Positions 28,127 to 39,054 are shown, counted from the first letter of the stretch. The stretch is DNA of 64,000 nucleotides from Ruminococcus sp. (GCA_017471405.1 JAFUTK010000052.1:2432-66431); one strand, 5' to 3'. A program made the numbers and translations. The notes: generated from the sequence alone by a model not told the origin.

Positions 28127-30589
28127 GTGCTCGGAGAGATACTGACAGCGAAGGTCGCGGTTTCCTGCGCCTCCTACAGCTTCGACAGCGAATACAGCTA
28201 CCTTGTCCCTAAGGAGCTGGAGGGCAAGCTCACCCACGGAATGAGGGTGCTTGTGCCCTTTGGCAACGGCAACAGAAAGGTCATCGGGCTGATACTCCGG
28301 TTCAAGACCGTTCAGGAGCCCGATGAACGCATAAAGCCCCTTATCCGTCAGGTGGACTCAGAGCCCCTTATCGGCGAGGAGATGCTGGGCATTATAAGCT
28401 GGCTGAAGGAGAATACCTTCTGCACTTACTTCGATGCCTACCGCAGCATTGTCCCCTCTGGCTTCGGGTATACCTTCAAGAGCCGCTACACTCTGGCGAA
28501 TGTCCCCGTAAACGAGGAGGAGCTGAGCGAGGCTGAGAGAAATGTCATCACCTTTCTGAGACAGTCAAAGTCCCAGCGTGAGACAGACGAGTTTTTAGAC
28601 CTCTCGGTGCAGCCGGCGCTTAAGCCGGTGGTGGCGTCCCTTATCGACAAGGGCTACCTTGAAGAAGAGGACCAGCTCAAACGCCGGGTAGGCGATGAGA
28701 GCGTTAAGATGATACGCCTCTCGGACAGCTATTTGGAGGCTATCGGTACCGACAAGGAGCCCAAGCTCACCCCGAGACAGCGCGAGGTAAGAGACCTGTT
28801 GGAGGAATGTGGCTGCGCCGCAGTTAAAGAGGCGGTCTATATGACCAGCTGCACCGCCGCCCTCATCAAGCGTATGGTGAAGAAGGATATCCTCACCGAG
28901 TACGAGAACGAGGTGCTCAGAGATACGGTGGGCGAAACCGGAGAGGTCATCTCCCCGGAGACCATCGAGCTCTCCGACGAGCAGCAGCGGGCGTATGAGG
29001 GCATTATGGGACTTATATCCGCCGGAAAGCCTGCGGGCGCACTGCTCTACGGCGTCACCGGCAGCGGCAAGACCGCTGTGTTCTTCCGGGTGATAGACAG
29101 CGTCCTCAAGCAGGGGAAAACGGCGCTGATGCTAGTGCCGGAGATATCCCTCACCCCTCAGATGCTGGAAAGGTTCAAGAAATATTTCGGCAGACAGATA
29201 GCTGTGCTCCATTCCTCACTGTCCTTAGGGCAGCGCAACGACGAGTTCAAGCGCATACGCTCCGGACAGGCGAAGATAGTCATAGGAACCCGCAGTGCAG
29301 TGTTCGCACCGCTCCCCGATATAGGCGTTATCATCATCGACGAGGAGGGCGAGCATACCTACAAGTCAGAGATGTCCCCCCGCTACCACGCCAGAGACGT
29401 GGCTATCCAGCGGTGCGGATATCATAAGTCGGTGCTGGTCATGGCCTCGGCTACACCCTCTTTGGAGACCTTCTATTTCGCTAAGAACGGGCGTTTCAGC
29501 CTGTTTGAAATGCGCGAGCGCTTTGCCGGCGCAAGGCTGCCGGAGGTGGAGATAATAGATATGGCCTACGAGGGCGGCAGACTGCTGAGCGGAAAGCTCA
29601 CCGACAAGCTCCGCCAGACACTTGACGCCGGCGAGCAGGCGATACTGCTGCTCAACCGCCGAGGCTTCAACACCTACATCTCCTGTATGGAGTGCCGCAA
29701 GCCGGTAAGCTGCCCCAACTGCGACTTGCCACTGACCTACCATAAGAAAAACAACAAGCTGATGTGCCACTACTGCGGCTTTACGATGGATAACGTCAGA
29801 GCCTGTCCCCAGTGCGGCTCTGACCACCTGAGAATGAGCGGTGTCGGCACACAGAAGGTGGAGGACGTCATCGCCGAGCATTTTCCTAAGGCGAGAGTGC
29901 TGCGAATGGATGCCGACACCACCTTCTCCCGCTACTCCTACGAAAAGGGCTTTAAGGCCTTTGAAAATCACGAGTACGATATAATGCTTGGCACCCAGAT
30001 GATAGCCAAGGGGCTCAACTTCCCAAACGTTACGCTGGTGGGAGTGGTGTCGCTGGATAAGGCGCTGTTCACCGGCGACTTCCGCAGCTATGAGCGCACC
30101 TTCTCGCTGCTGACACAGGTAGCCGGCAGATGCGGCAGGGGAGATAAGCCGGGGTATGCATATTTGCAGACCTTTGTTCCCGACCATTTCGTTTTAAATC
30201 TCGCTGCCGAACAGGATTACGACGAGTTCTACGAGCAGGAGATAGCCCTGCGCAAATCGCTGACCTACCCGCCCTTTTGTGATATCTGCGTCGTCGGGTT
30301 CTCGTCGGCGATGGAGAGCAAGGCCATAGAGGCATCCGAATGGTTTGCCCGCACTCTTGGAGATTACATCAAGGAGAACAAGCTGACCTTCCCCCTGCGG
30401 GGACTTGGCCCCGCCCCCTGCACACTGGGCAGGATAAACAACAAATACAGATACAGGCTGATACTCAAATGCCGCAATTCAAAGGCGTTCCGCACTGCCA
30501 TCGCCGATGTGATGGCGAAGTTCTATAAGCAGCAGAGTTTTAAGGCGGTGAGCATTTACGCCGACATCAACGGCGATATCGGGCTGTGA
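28127..30589 (+). CDS. priA: Primosomal protein N'
   Basis: GVTGSGKT, 'VPEISLTPQ', four CxxC pairs, 'GTQMIAKG', 'QVAGR'. Confidence 0.96.
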   Translation: MLGEILTAKVAVSCASYSFDSEYSYLVPKELEGKLTHGMRVLVPFGNGNRKVIGLILRFKTVQEPDERIKPLIRQVDSEPLIGEEMLGIISWLKENTFCTYFDAYRSIVPSGFGYTFKSRYTLANVPVNEEELSEAERNVITFLRQSKSQRETDEFLDLSVQPALKPVVASLIDKGYLEEEDQLKRRVGDESVKMIRLSDSYLEAIGTDKEPKLTPRQREVRDLLEECGCAAVKEAVYMTSCTAALIKRMVKKDILTEYENEVLRDTVGETGEVISPETIELSDEQQRAYEGIMGLISAGKPAGALLYGVTGSGKTAVFFRVIDSVLKQGKTALMLVPEISLTPQMLERFKKYFGRQIAVLHSSLSLGQRNDEFKRIRSGQAKIVIGTRSAVFAPLPDIGVIIIDEEGEHTYKSEMSPRYHARDVAIQRCGYHKSVLVMASATPSLETFYFAKNGRFSLFEMRERFAGARLPEVEIIDMAYEGGRLLSGKLTDKLRQTLDAGEQAILLLNRRGFNTYISCMECRKPVSCPNCDLPLTYHKKNNKLMCHYCGFTMDNVRACPQCGSDHLRMSGVGTQKVEDVIAEHFPKARVLRMDADTTFSRYSYEKGFKAFENHEYDIMLGTQMIAKGLNFPNVTLVGVVSLDKALFTGDFRSYERTFSLLTQVAGRCGRGDKPGYAYLQTFVPDHFVLNLAAEQDYDEFYEQEIALRKSLTYPPFCDICVVGFSSAMESKAIEASEWFARTLGDYIKENKLTFPLRGLGPAPCTLGRINNKYRYRLILKCRNSKAFRTAIADVMAKFYKQQSFKAVSIYADINGDIGL

Positions 30590-30608
30590 TAATAGTAAGG
30601 AGATAACT

Positions 30609-31082
30609 ATGGCAGTAAGAAATATCCTCAACAAAAGAGACGAGACCCTCCACAAGGTCTGCAAGCCGGTCATCAGCTTTAACGAGCGGCTCCACACCCT
30701 TCTTGACGATATGAAGGAGACCCTGGCAAAGGCCCAGGGCGTAGGACTTGCAGCCCCGCAGGTGGGAGTGCTGAGAAGAGTGGTCATCATCGACACCTAC
30801 GACGGCACCGGTGTCCACGAGCTGATAAATCCCGAGATAACCTGGCGCTCGGAGGAGACCCAGCGGGTGCAGGAGGGCTGCCTTTCCTGCCCGGGAGAGT
30901 GGGGCTATACTATCCGTCCCCAGAAGGTGAAGTTCCGCGCCCAGACCCGTGACGGTGACTGGTACGAGGAGGAGGCCGAGGGCCTTTACGCTCAGGCGGT
31001 ATGCCACGAGCTGGACCATCTGGACGGCATACTCTTCCTTGAAAAGGTTGTCGAATTCATAGACCCTGAGGAAGAAGAGTAA
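30609..31082 (+). CDS. def: Peptide deformylase
   Basis: GVGLAAPQ, EGCLS, HELDH. Confidence 0.97.
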   Translation: MAVRNILNKRDETLHKVCKPVISFNERLHTLLDDMKETLAKAQGVGLAAPQVGVLRRVVIIDTYDGTGVHELINPEITWRSEETQRVQEGCLSCPGEWGYTIRPQKVKFRAQTRDGDWYEEEAEGLYAQAVCHELDHLDGILFLEKVVEFIDPEEEE

Positions 31083-31097
31083 TAGAGGTGCGGTGAC

Positions 31098-32027
31098 TTG
31101 AATATAATCTTTATGGGAACGCCCGATTTCGCCGTTCCCGCATTGGAAAAGCTGTATACCCGCCATAACATTCAGGCGGTGTTTACCCAGCCCGACAAGC
31201 CCAAGGGCCGAGGCTACAAGCTGATGCCTCCCCCGGTGAAGGAGCTGGCGCTCACGCATGGCACCCCCGTCTATCAGCCGCAAAGCCTTAAAAACGGCGG
31301 CGAGGAATTTATTGACATTATACGCGGGCTTGCGCCTGATTGCATAGTTGTGGCGGCCTACGGCAAGATACTCCCCAAGGCGGTGCTGGATATACCGAAG
31401 TACGGCTGTGTGAATATCCACGGCTCGCTGCTGCCGAAATACAGGGGAGCCGGCCCCATACAGTGGGCTGTCCTCAATGACGAGGCGCAGACCGGCATCA
31501 CCACAATGCTCATGGGCGAGGGACTGGACACCGGCGATATGCTGGAGCAGTCGGTCACCGACATAGGCGAGAACGAGACCGCCGCCGAGCTCTTTGACAG
31601 GCTCTCGGAAATGGGCTCCGAGCTTATCCTCCACACCCTTGACGCATTGGAGCGGGGAGAGCTGACCCCCACCCCTCAGAACGAGGCGGAGGCCACCTAC
31701 GCCCCCATGCTCTCAAAGGAGCTTTGCCCAATAGATTTCACCAAGCCCGTAAGGGCTGTGCATAAGCAGATATGCGGACTTTCCGATTGGCCCTGCGCCG
31801 TAACGACGCTGGGCGGCAAGAGGCTTAAGGTCTACCGCTCGGAGATAGTCCCCGGCAGCAGCTCCAAGCCTGCCGGAACAGTGGTTGACCCCAAGAGCTT
31901 TACCGTCTCCTGCGGAGGGGGGCTTATCCGCTTTACGGAGGTTCAGGCCGAGGGCGGCAAGCGAATGAGTGTGGAGGATTACCTCCGGGGCAAGCCGCTT
32001 GCAGATAACGAGAGGCTCGGGGATTGA
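31098..32027 (+). CDS. fmt: Methionyl-tRNA formyltransferase
   Basis: 'FMGTPDFA', 'NIHGSLLPKYRGAGPI'; TTG start. Confidence 0.97.
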   Translation: MNIIFMGTPDFAVPALEKLYTRHNIQAVFTQPDKPKGRGYKLMPPPVKELALTHGTPVYQPQSLKNGGEEFIDIIRGLAPDCIVVAAYGKILPKAVLDIPKYGCVNIHGSLLPKYRGAGPIQWAVLNDEAQTGITTMLMGEGLDTGDMLEQSVTDIGENETAAELFDRLSEMGSELILHTLDALERGELTPTPQNEAEATYAPMLSKELCPIDFTKPVRAVHKQICGLSDWPCAVTTLGGKRLKVYRSEIVPGSSSKPAGTVVDPKSFTVSCGGGLIRFTEVQAEGGKRMSVEDYLRGKPLADNERLGD

Positions 32028-33328
32028 TGTCCGCCCGCAGTTTCGCCGTCAGGCTGCTGACGAGAATGGATAAGGACAGTTCCTATTCCAATCTTCTTTT
32101 GGACGAGGCGCTCTCCCGCTCGCAGCTCAGTGAGCAGGACAAGGCCTTTGCCGCAGCGCTCTTCTACGGTACCTTGGAGCGCAGCTACACCCTTGACCGC
32201 ATCATCTCCTCGAGGCTTAAAAATCCCCAGGACAGGCTCTCAGAGGAGGTAAGAAATATACTCCGCACAGGGCTTTACCAGCTTTTATATATGGACTCCG
32301 TCCCCGACAGCGCTGCTGTGGACGAGAGCGTGAAGTTGGCAAAGAAAACGAAAAATCCCGCAGCTGCGGGGTTTGTGAACGCTCTGCTTCGGGGCTTTAT
32401 CCGGGACGGCAAGGCCCTCCCTAAGACTAATGACGAAACGGAGACCCTCTCCCTCGAATATTCCTGCCCACCAGAGCTGACAGCCAAATGGCTGCGGGAG
32501 TACGGCAGAGAGGTGACGGAGACAATGCTCTCCGCCTCACTGGGACAGGCCCCGGTGACCGCCAGAGCCAACACCCTCAAAGCCCCGCTTCCGGATATCA
32601 TAGCGCAGCTGCAAAAGGACGGCTTCGGGGTATCCGCAGTAGCGGGAATAGATGACTGCCTGAAAATATGCGGGCAGGGCATCGAGCGTTCCCAGGCTTA
32701 TAAGCAGGGGCTGATACACGTTCAGGATATCTCCTGCCAGCTCTGCTGTCTGGCGCTGGGTGCACAGCCGGGGGACACCGTTTTGGATATCTGCTCCGCA
32801 CCGGGAGGCAAGGCCTTCACCGCCGCCGAAATGATGAAGAATAACGGCAGCCTCCTTGCCTTCGACCTCCACGAGAACCGCGCAAGGCTTATCCGCAAGG
32901 GCGCCGAAAGGCTGGGGCTTGACTGCATCACAGCAGGGGTCAACAACGGCAAGGAATTCAATCCCGAAATGCCTATGGCTGACAGAGTTCTCTGCGACGT
33001 GCCCTGCTCTGGGCTGGGAGTCATCAGGCGCAAGCCGGAGATAAAATACAAGCCCCTGTCGGACTTTGACCGTCTGCCGGAGGTGCAGTATGATATACTC
33101 GCCACATCATCGCGGTATGTGAAAGAGGGCGGAGTGCTGGTCTATTCCACCTGCACCCTTTCCAAAGCAGAGAATGAGGGAGTTACCGGAAGATTTCTCT
33201 CCGAGCACCCGGAGTTTGATAGGGGAGCCCTCCCCGAGATACTGGGCGGCGGCTTTGAGACCACCATTACCTCCGACAGATTTGATTCCGACGGCTTCTA
33301 TATCGCCGTTATGCGCAGAATGAGGTGA
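32027..33328 (+). CDS. rsmB: 16S rRNA m5C967 methyltransferase
   Basis: NusB-like N-terminus, 'DICSAPGGK', 'DVPCSG', 'YSTCT'. Confidence 0.95.
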   Translation: MSARSFAVRLLTRMDKDSSYSNLLLDEALSRSQLSEQDKAFAAALFYGTLERSYTLDRIISSRLKNPQDRLSEEVRNILRTGLYQLLYMDSVPDSAAVDESVKLAKKTKNPAAAGFVNALLRGFIRDGKALPKTNDETETLSLEYSCPPELTAKWLREYGREVTETMLSASLGQAPVTARANTLKAPLPDIIAQLQKDGFGVSAVAGIDDCLKICGQGIERSQAYKQGLIHVQDISCQLCCLALGAQPGDTVLDICSAPGGKAFTAAEMMKNNGSLLAFDLHENRARLIRKGAERLGLDCITAGVNNGKEFNPEMPMADRVLCDVPCSGLGVIRRKPEIKYKPLSDFDRLPEVQYDILATSSRYVKEGGVLVYSTCTLSKAENEGVTGRFLSEHPEFDRGALPEILGGGFETTITSDRFDSDGFYIAVMRRMR

Positions 33329-33332
33329 GCTT

Positions 33333-34379
33333 GTGACCTATACGGAACCGGACGGAAGGATTGATATCCTCTCCCTGACACTGGAGGAGCTCACAGAACA
33401 GCTTATCGCCCTAGGCGAGAAGAAATTCCGCGCCGGACAGATATTTGACTGGCTCCACGTCAAGCGAGTTCCAGATTTTGAGAGTATGACCAATCTATCT
33501 GCACAATTGCGCAGCGCTCTCAAAGAAAAGTTTTGTATAAAATCACTATTTATCGTTAAAAGGCTTGAATCTGCCCGCGATAATACTGTAAAATATCTTT
33601 ATAGGCTCCCGGACGGCAATCACGTCGAGACCGTGCTGATGGAATATGAGCATGGCAACACCGTCTGCGTGTCCACACAGGTGGGCTGCAAGATGGGCTG
33701 CCGGTTCTGCGCCTCCACCATTGCAGGCTATAAGCGTGACCTGCTGCCCAGCGAGATGCTGCTGCAAATTTATACCGCCGAGCGCGACAGCGGGCGGAAA
33801 ATAGGCGGCGCGGTGCTGATGGGAATAGGCGAGCCGCTGGATAATTTCGACAACGTGGTAAGGTTTCTGCACCTGCTCTCCTGTAAGGAGGGAATGAATA
33901 TGTCGCTTAGGCACGTTTCACTCTCCACCTGCGGGTTGGTGCCAAGGATATACGACCTGGCAAAGCTCGATTTGGGGCTGACGCTGTCCATATCCCTCCA
34001 CGCTTCGGATAATAAGTCGCGCAGCGAGATAATGCCCGTCAACGACAGGTATGATATAGGTGAGCTCCTGACTGCCTGCAAGGACTACTTTAAGACCACC
34101 GGCAGGAGGATATCCTTTGAGTATGCCCTCATCGACGGGCACAACGATTCAAGGGAGGACGCCAAACGGCTGGCGGCGCTGCTTTCGGGCTTTGTCTGCC
34201 ACGTCAACATAATCCCTGTCAATAAGATAAAGGAAAGAAATTACCGCTCCGATAGAAAAAGCGCACAGCGCTTTCGCACCTATCTGGAGGAGCTTGGGAT
34301 AAACGCCACTGTCAGAAGGACCTTGGGCGCCGACATCGACGCTGCCTGCGGACAGCTCAGGCGTGAATATGAGGTATAG
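33333..34379 (+). CDS. rlmN: Radical SAM RNA methyltransferase RlmN
   Basis: CKMGCRFC, 'MGIGEP', 'DAACGQL'. Confidence 0.96.
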   Translation: MTYTEPDGRIDILSLTLEELTEQLIALGEKKFRAGQIFDWLHVKRVPDFESMTNLSAQLRSALKEKFCIKSLFIVKRLESARDNTVKYLYRLPDGNHVETVLMEYEHGNTVCVSTQVGCKMGCRFCASTIAGYKRDLLPSEMLLQIYTAERDSGRKIGGAVLMGIGEPLDNFDNVVRFLHLLSCKEGMNMSLRHVSLSTCGLVPRIYDLAKLDLGLTLSISLHASDNKSRSEIMPVNDRYDIGELLTACKDYFKTTGRRISFEYALIDGHNDSREDAKRLAALLSGFVCHVNIIPVNKIKERNYRSDRKSAQRFRTYLEELGINATVRRTLGADIDAACGQLRREYEV

Positions 34380-34456
34380 CATTTCTCAAAGCCGCTTCGG
34401 CGGAAAATTCTATCCCCGCCGTCAGGCGAGGGAATAAATAATAAAACGGAAAGGCG

Positions 34457-35194
34457 GTGAGCTGCTTGTTCTTAGCTTCAAAGACCGATATCGGCCGCAA
34501 GCGTGATGAAAATCAGGATCGCGTAAGGAGCGGATTTATAGGCGATAATATTTCCCTGTCCATAGTCTGCGACGGTATGGGCGGAGCACTTTCGGGCGGC
34601 GTCGCCAGCGAGGAAGCGATAAACGTCATCTACGAGCGCATCGCCTCCGGCTTCCGTCCCGATATGAGCCCCAACAGCGTCAGAAATCTGATGCTGACGG
34701 CAGTTCATGCCGCCAACAGCATAGTCTACGATAAGAGCAGAGAGGATATAGACAAGAACGGTATGGGAACTACCTGCGTTGCCGCACTGGTAAACGGGCG
34801 GCACTGCTACGTCGTCAATGTGGGCGACAGCCGCTGTTACCTGATGACTGAGGGCAGGATTGAGCAGGTCACCACCGACCACACCTATGTCAGGATGCTC
34901 TTTGAGCAGGGTCAGATAACCGAGGAGGAGCTCAAGACCCACCAGATGAGGAACGTCATCACCCGCGCCGTAGGCGTCGAGCCGGACGTGGACGTTGACT
35001 ACTTCGAGTTCGAGCCGGAGAGCAACTTCACGCTGCTGCTGTGCTCCGACGGGCTCTCGGGCTACTGCTCCAACGAGATAATCTACGGCTTCGTATTCGG
35101 CAAGAATTTGGACAACGCCGTTACAGACCTTGTCAACTACTCAAACGAGCAGGGCGGAAAGGACAATATCTCCGTTGCGCTTGTGGCAAACTAA
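34457..35194 (+). CDS. prpC: PP2C-family Ser/Thr phosphatase
   Basis: 'RDENQD', 'CDGMGG', 'GMGTT', 'VGDSR', 'CSDGL', 'GGKDN'. Confidence 0.93.
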   Translation: MSCLFLASKTDIGRKRDENQDRVRSGFIGDNISLSIVCDGMGGALSGGVASEEAINVIYERIASGFRPDMSPNSVRNLMLTAVHAANSIVYDKSREDIDKNGMGTTCVAALVNGRHCYVVNVGDSRCYLMTEGRIEQVTTDHTYVRMLFEQGQITEEELKTHQMRNVITRAVGVEPDVDVDYFEFEPESNFTLLLCSDGLSGYCSNEIIYGFVFGKNLDNAVTDLVNYSNEQGGKDNISVALVAN

Positions 35195-35231
35195 GTATTA
35201 TAAGGAACATTAACATATAGGAGTTGAAATT

Positions 35232-37397
35232 ATGGATTCTAATATCGGAAAGAAGCTGGACGGCCGCTACGAGATAACAGAGCTTATCGGCGTAGGCGGC
35301 ATGGCAGATGTATACAAGGCTACCGATGTGATGGAAAACCGTACCGTTGCGGTAAAGATACTCAAGGCAGAGTATTCTGAGAACGAGGAGTTCCTCCGCC
35401 GCTTTCGGAACGAGAGCAAGGCTATAGCCGTTCTCTCTCATCCCAACATCGTTAAAATTTACGATGTGGGCTTCACCGATGAGATACAGTTCATCGTGAT
35501 GGAGTACATCGACGGCATTACCTTAAAGGAGCTGCTGGAGCAGCAGGGAGTTCTGAGATGGAAGGACGCACTCAAGTTCGTCACCCAGATACTTAAAGCC
35601 CTTCAGCACGCCCATGACAAGGGAATAGTTCACAGGGATATCAAGCCCCAGAACATAATGCTCTTCCCCGACGGCACTATAAAGGTCATGGACTTCGGCA
35701 TCGCCCGCTTCTCCCGCATCGACGGCAAGACCCTTTCCGACAAGACCATAGGCTCCGTACATTATATCTCCCCCGAGCAGGCCAAGGGTGAAATGACCGA
35801 CGAGAGGTCGGACATCTATTCCGTCGGCGTAATGCTCTATGAAATGCTCACCGGCAGAAAGCCATTCGACGGCGAGAACCCCGTTGCCATAGCTGTAAAG
35901 CATATGCAGGAGACCGCCGTTCCTCCCAGAGAGATAATGCCCTCTATCCCCGAATCTCTCGAGGAGATAGTGCTCCACGCTATGGAGCGCTCACCTGCAA
36001 GAAGATACCAGTCCGCAGCTGAGATGATAAACGATATCAGCGCCTTCAAGGTGAACCCCTCTATCGTGTTCGGCTATAAGAAGGACTTCCAGCTGGACGA
36101 CGCTTCCTCCACCCGCTTCTTCAAGCCCGTCCCCGATTACGACGATGACGACGATTACGAGGACGATGAGGACGAGTACGAGGATGACGACGATGACGAG
36201 GAGGAGGAAAAGAAGCGCTCCTACGTTATCCCTATACTGCTGGCAGTTACCGTTGCGGTAGTCGTTATCGCTGCTGCCGTTATCGCTTATTCAGTTATCA
36301 AGAACTTCAACGTTGACCAGACACATACCTCCACCGTTATGGTAGAGAATTTCGTCGGTCAGAATTATCTGCGCGTAAGCCAGAATTACAGCGACAAGCT
36401 CACCTTCAATGTCAAGGAGGAGTGGAGCAGCTCCTATCCTCAGGGCGTCATCATCGACCAGTCGGTTTCCAACAAGACCGTCCGCGAGGGCTTTACACTT
36501 GATGTAACAGTCAGCAAGGGACCCCGTATGCTGGAGGTGCCCGACCTGACCAACAAGACCCAGAGCGTCGCCGAGAGCGAGCTCAAGAGCGCAGGCTTTG
36601 AGCCTAACTTCAAGGAGACCTTTGATGAGACCGGCACCGTTCCCGAGGGAATGGTAATCAGAACAGAGCCCGCCGCCGGCACACAGTACGCCGCCGGAGC
36701 CGAGGTAATCGTGTTCGTAAGCCGCGGCCAGTTCGAGACCGATGTTAAGGTTCCTAACGTTATCGGTATGACCCAGGAGAAGGCTATAATGACCCTCCGC
36801 GAGAACAAGCTCTCCGCAGTTGTTGCAGAGGTAAATCAGGAGGAGGACAAGGGCAAGGTCATCGAGCAGAGCAAGCCCGAGGGCGCATTCGTTCCCAAGA
36901 ACACCGAGATAACCATCTGGGTATCCACCGGTGAGGTCGAGGAGAGCGAGATGAAGATACCCGTTCCTATGCCCGACTTCGTTTACGGCTCCTATATCAT
37001 CGACGTTTACCGCGACGGCAATATCGTCGTATCCCAGAACGTTGACGACGGCGAGGCAGTTGCAGGCGGCAGCGTCAACGTGGCTGTAAAGGGGAAGAAG
37101 ACCGAGACCGTCAACATCTGGATAAGAAGCAATCTGGGTCAGGTCAAGAATTACGCTACCTTCCAGCTGGATTACGATTCCAGAAAGGCTACCATCTCTG
37201 GTTCTGCCAAGATCGAGGAGCTCAGGAGAATAACTCCTACCACGACCACTACCACAACAACGGCAGAGACAACCACAACAACTACCGTTAATACCGAGCC
37301 TCCTGCACCCATGACTTCGGATACCGAGCCTACAACTCCTTCGGAGCAGCCGATAATCAGCGACCCCTCCGATGTTGAGAACGAGGGTCAGGAATAA
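35232..37397 (+). CDS. prkC: PASTA-domain Ser/Thr kinase
   Basis: 'GVGGMADVY', HRDIKPQN, DFG, TM helix, three PASTA-like repeats, Thr-rich tail. Confidence 0.95.
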   Translation: MDSNIGKKLDGRYEITELIGVGGMADVYKATDVMENRTVAVKILKAEYSENEEFLRRFRNESKAIAVLSHPNIVKIYDVGFTDEIQFIVMEYIDGITLKELLEQQGVLRWKDALKFVTQILKALQHAHDKGIVHRDIKPQNIMLFPDGTIKVMDFGIARFSRIDGKTLSDKTIGSVHYISPEQAKGEMTDERSDIYSVGVMLYEMLTGRKPFDGENPVAIAVKHMQETAVPPREIMPSIPESLEEIVLHAMERSPARRYQSAAEMINDISAFKVNPSIVFGYKKDFQLDDASSTRFFKPVPDYDDDDDYEDDEDEYEDDDDDEEEEKKRSYVIPILLAVTVAVVVIAAAVIAYSVIKNFNVDQTHTSTVMVENFVGQNYLRVSQNYSDKLTFNVKEEWSSSYPQGVIIDQSVSNKTVREGFTLDVTVSKGPRMLEVPDLTNKTQSVAESELKSAGFEPNFKETFDETGTVPEGMVIRTEPAAGTQYAAGAEVIVFVSRGQFETDVKVPNVIGMTQEKAIMTLRENKLSAVVAEVNQEEDKGKVIEQSKPEGAFVPKNTEITIWVSTGEVEESEMKIPVPMPDFVYGSYIIDVYRDGNIVVSQNVDDGEAVAGGSVNVAVKGKKTETVNIWIRSNLGQVKNYATFQLDYDSRKATISGSAKIEELRRITPTTTTTTTTAETTTTTTVNTEPPAPMTSDTEPTTPSEQPIISDPSDVENEGQE

Positions 37398-37400
37398 CCT

Positions 37401-38282
37401 ATGCAGGGACTAATAATAAGATCCATCGGAGGACTCTACACAGTAGAGGCCTCCGAAGGTGTTTTTGAATGTAAGCCCAGAGGCATCTTCCGCAAGCAGA
37501 ATATCTCCCCCGTCTGCGGCGACAGGGTGGAGATTTCCTTTGAGCGCGACGGAAGCGGCGTCATAGATAAGATAGGCGAGCGCAGCTCTCTGCTAATCCG
37601 CCCACCTCTGGCAAATCTGGATATACTGGTGTTTGTGGCCTCCACCTGCGAGCCCTCGCCCAGCCTACTGCTGCTGGATAAGTTCATCGCCATAGCCGTT
37701 TATAAGCACATCGAGCCGGTGGTGGTATTCACCAAGATAGACAAGCAGGACCCCACCGAATACATCGACATATATACCCGCTCCGGCATAAAGGCTTATG
37801 CTGTGGATAACGTCACCGGCGCCGGCAGCGAGCAGGTGAGAGAGGCCATAGCCGGCAGGCTCTCGGCCTTCACCGGCAATACCGGCGTGGGAAAATCCTC
37901 GCTGATGAGGAACATCTTCCCGGATAGGGATTTTGCCACCGGCGAGATAAGCCGCAAGCTGGGCAGAGGCCGCCATACCACCCGCCACATCGAGCTGTTC
38001 AAGCTGCCGGAGGGCGGCTACGTTGCCGACACCCCCGGCTTTTCCAGCTTCGAGACAAACAAGTACGATATTATCTTCAAGGACGAGCTGGCAGGCTGCT
38101 TCCTCGAGTTTGGGAGGTATGAGGGCAAGTGCCGCTTCGCTGACTGCCGCCACGTCTCCGAGAAGGGCTGCGCCGTTATAGAAGCGGTCAGGGCAGGGGA
38201 GATCCCCCCCTCCCGTCACGAGAGCTACCTTAAAATGTTCGAGGAGGCCGAAAAGCTGAAGGAGTGGGAGTACAAAAAATGA
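37401..38282 (+). CDS. rsgA: Ribosome small subunit-dependent GTPase A
   Basis: Circularly permuted TKID, GVGKSS, 'GRHTT', DTPG; C-terminal Zn site CRFADCRH...C. Confidence 0.95.
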   Translation: MQGLIIRSIGGLYTVEASEGVFECKPRGIFRKQNISPVCGDRVEISFERDGSGVIDKIGERSSLLIRPPLANLDILVFVASTCEPSPSLLLLDKFIAIAVYKHIEPVVVFTKIDKQDPTEYIDIYTRSGIKAYAVDNVTGAGSEQVREAIAGRLSAFTGNTGVGKSSLMRNIFPDRDFATGEISRKLGRGRHTTRHIELFKLPEGGYVADTPGFSSFETNKYDIIFKDELAGCFLEFGRYEGKCRFADCRHVSEKGCAVIEAVRAGEIPPSRHESYLKMFEEAEKLKEWEYKK

Positions 38283-38899
38283 GCAGACTTTGTGCCATAT
38301 TCTGCGGCGGCGACCCGGTGAGCCGCAAGACCTTTGAGACCTGCCCCTCCGCCGAGTATAACATTGCCGCCGACAGTGGATATATCTTAGCAGAAAAGTT
38401 GGGCGTTACCCCTGACCTTATCATTGGGGACTTCGACTCTGCCCCCAAGCCCGCTAGCGGGAACATCATTACCTTCCCGGTGGAAAAGGACGACACCGAC
38501 CTTATGCTGGCTTTGCGGAAGGGTCTTGAGCTGGGCTATGACCGGTATCTCATCTTCGGAGCCACCGGCGGCAGACTGGACCACACCCTTGCAGCGGTGC
38601 AGTCCCTTAGCTTTCTTACCGCACATAACGCCTCCGGCGAGATAGTTTCCGATACAGAGCGGATAACTCTTCTCACCCCCGGGGAGCACAGCTTCCCCAA
38701 TATGGAGGGCTTCTCCCTCTCACTGTTTGCCTACTCCGAAAAGGTCAGCGGGCTTTGCATCGAGGGGGCGAAATACACCTGCCGCGATGCGCAGCTGGAT
38801 AATACCTTTCCGCTGGGCGCTTCCAATCAGGTGACGTCAGCTGAAGCAAAAGTCTGCTTCACCTCAGGACTGCTTCTGGCTGTCAGAGCAAGGCTGTGA
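38279..38899 (+). CDS. thiN: Thiamine diphosphokinase
   Basis: 'AADSG', 'GDFDS', 'EKDDTD', 'GGRLDH'. Confidence 0.92.
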   Translation: MSRLCAIFCGGDPVSRKTFETCPSAEYNIAADSGYILAEKLGVTPDLIIGDFDSAPKPASGNIITFPVEKDDTDLMLALRKGLELGYDRYLIFGATGGRLDHTLAAVQSLSFLTAHNASGEIVSDTERITLLTPGEHSFPNMEGFSLSLFAYSEKVSGLCIEGAKYTCRDAQLDNTFPLGASNQVTSAEAKVCFTSGLLLAVRARL

Positions 38900-38956
38900 G
38901 CAAAAACGGCCGCTTTAGCATAGTATGTATCATCACACATAGGGAGGTATGTACTT

Positions 38957-39046
38957 ATGAAGGTAGTAGTCGTAAAGAAGGGCAGATTTGTCTCCGGCGT
39001 GCTGCGGCTGATCTTCGGGATAAAGAAGGAGCACAGCTCTGACTAA
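38957..39046 (+). CDS. spoVM: Stage V sporulation protein M (29 aa), absent from the ORF track
   Basis: MKVVVVKKGRFVSGVLRLIFGIKKEHSSD; RBS agggagg; same position after thiN as in Bacillus and Clostridia; upstream CATAGTAT mother-cell-sigma -10-like element; own terminator. Confidence 0.85.
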   Translation: MKVVVVKKGRFVSGVLRLIFGIKKEHSSD

Positions 39047-39054
39047 CGTAAATG

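Noticed and set aside
29339-29356. PriA motif II reads DEEGE instead of DEEHE
   Set aside because: The catalytic DE is intact, all other motifs are normal, and this position varies in Clostridia.
36136-36208. Asp/Glu tract in the PrkC juxtamembrane linker (and the Thr tract near 37240)
   Set aside because: Low-complexity linkers are common in these kinases; the frame is intact, and these are not phase-variable repeats.
27875-38899. Absence of coaBC after rpoZ and of rpe after rsgA (also glmM after cdaR)
   Set aside because: Ordinary gene-order variation in Clostridia; the genes may lie elsewhere in the genome.
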